A stretch of DNA of 64,000 nucleotides. Source: an uncultured Gammaproteobacteria bacterium. GTDB lineage: Bacteria > Pseudomonadota > Gammaproteobacteria > CAWCPV01. Below the pieces are notes generated by a model. The model was not told where the DNA came from. It did no database searches and worked only from the letters and a program-made list of their open reading frames with translations. This document shows, one piece after another, positions 63,164 through 64,000 of the stretch. Numbering within the stretch: position 1 is the stretch's first letter; each line of letters opens with the position of its first letter. The DNA lies in the NCBI GenBank assembly GCA_963797555.1, contig CAWCPV010000002.1:160001-224000 (forward strand), in the 5' to 3' direction. Both the position numbers and the translations under genes were made by a program.

Positions 63164-64000
63164 ATGACCGTGGACCTGGCTGTGGGGCAAGGGATCAAGG
63201 ATCGCCGGGACACCCCCGAGCGGGTGCTCCCCGAGCTTGGGGTCGGGCGGTATCGCCTGGCATTTCGAGCCGCCGAAGAGGTGATGCTGCCGGCCTATGC
63301 CGGCTCCGCCTGGCGCGGGGCCTTCGGGCACGCCCTGAAGCGCACAGTGTGTGTGACGCGCGAGCGGCGGTGCGAGGACTGCCTGCTCTACGGCTCCTGC
63401 ATTTACCCCTATGTGTTCGAGACCCCGCCTTCGCCGGGCGTCGCGAAGATGCGCCGATACACTGCGGCCCCTCATCCTTTTGTGCTGGCGCCCATGGATG
63501 GCGATGCGACGGGGCGGACCCTCGGTGTCGGCACTCCGCTCGCGCTCGGGCTCACCCTGTTCGGCCGGGCCAACGCCTACCTTCCGTACTTCGTGCACGC
63601 TTTACAGCGCGCGGGCGAAGAGGGGTTGGGCAAGGGGCGAGGCCGTCTCGCCCTGGCCGCGGTGGAGCAGGAGGCGGCGTGCGGCTCGGCAGACTGGCGC
63701 ACGGTCTATGAACCGGAGGAGCGCCTGCGGCCGTTCGGCGCACAGACACCCCCCGTCCCTCTGCCCCCTCGGGGCGTGTTGACCCTTACCTTCGCCACGC
63801 CTTTGCGCCTCAGGCGAGAGGGGCACAACGTCCCTTCCCAAGACTTGCGATTTTCTGACCTCTTCGGCAGCCTGCTGCGCCGCATCTCGATGCTGACCTA
63901 CTTTCACACCGATACACCGCTGGAGACGGACTTCGCGGGGTTGGTTCGGGAAGCGACGCGGGTGCCGCTGACGGAGGCCGATGTGCGGTGGCGCGAGTGG
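63164..64000 (+). CDS. cas6: CRISPR pre-crRNA endoribonuclease Cas6, runs off the window end (not in ORF track)
   Basis: LPAYAGSAWRGAFGHALKRTVC..CEDCLL..CIYPYVFE, PHPFVL, FATPLRL, SLLRRISML. Confidence 0.85.
   Translation, partial: MTVDLAVGQGIKDRRDTPERVLPELGVGRYRLAFRAAEEVMLPAYAGSAWRGAFGHALKRTVCVTRERRCEDCLLYGSCIYPYVFETPPSPGVAKMRRYTAAPHPFVLAPMDGDATGRTLGVGTPLALGLTLFGRANAYLPYFVHALQRAGEEGLGKGRGRLALAAVEQEAACGSADWRTVYEPEERLRPFGAQTPPVPLPPRGVLTLTFATPLRLRREGHNVPSQDLRFSDLFGSLLRRISMLTYFHTDTPLETDFAGLVREATRVPLTEADVRWREW

Noticed and set aside
60900-64000. CRISPR array near cas6
   Set aside because: No regularly spaced direct repeats; the repeats at 61045/61083 are MITE ends

Overview
GC-rich chromosomal window, probably gammaproteobacterial (inferred from the recA-recX-alaS-lysC-csrA-tRNA gene order). 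1-10.4 kb is core genome: btuF-like 3' end, a rubrerythrin/Fe-S oxidoreductase/DUF3501 cluster, pncC-thpR-recA-recX-alaS-lysC-csrA, tRNA-Ser(GCT) and tRNA-Arg(ACG). A ~17 kb island sits at tRNA-Arg, bounded by a 47-bp direct repeat (10363-10409 / 27424-27470). It carries a proS fragment, parDE, mobile mystery A/B, an IS630-split relaxase, a complete type III CBASS operon with a divergent XRE-metallopeptidase + PIN pair, and an ISL3-split DUF4062-NB-ARC-TPR gene. A second, decayed accessory block follows (27.5-37.3 kb): integrase remnant, IS3, two NACHT genes, a DGR-like variable region with a reverse-transcriptase stub, hicBA, a DUF4062-TPR-like gene, an mrr remnant, and a small helical protein. 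That small protein shares a Gly-rich, amyloid-like motif with both NACHT N-termini. This NLR / amyloid-motif / DGR module is the best candidate for an undescribed system, although it is largely pseudogenised here. 37.7-58.4 kb holds gcvR-like, phoH and a trehalose/alpha-glucan cluster. The end of the window has IS debris, an H-NS-like gene, a MITE, a P450 fragment and the start of cas6. All family calls come from motif recognition by eye; no database search was run.
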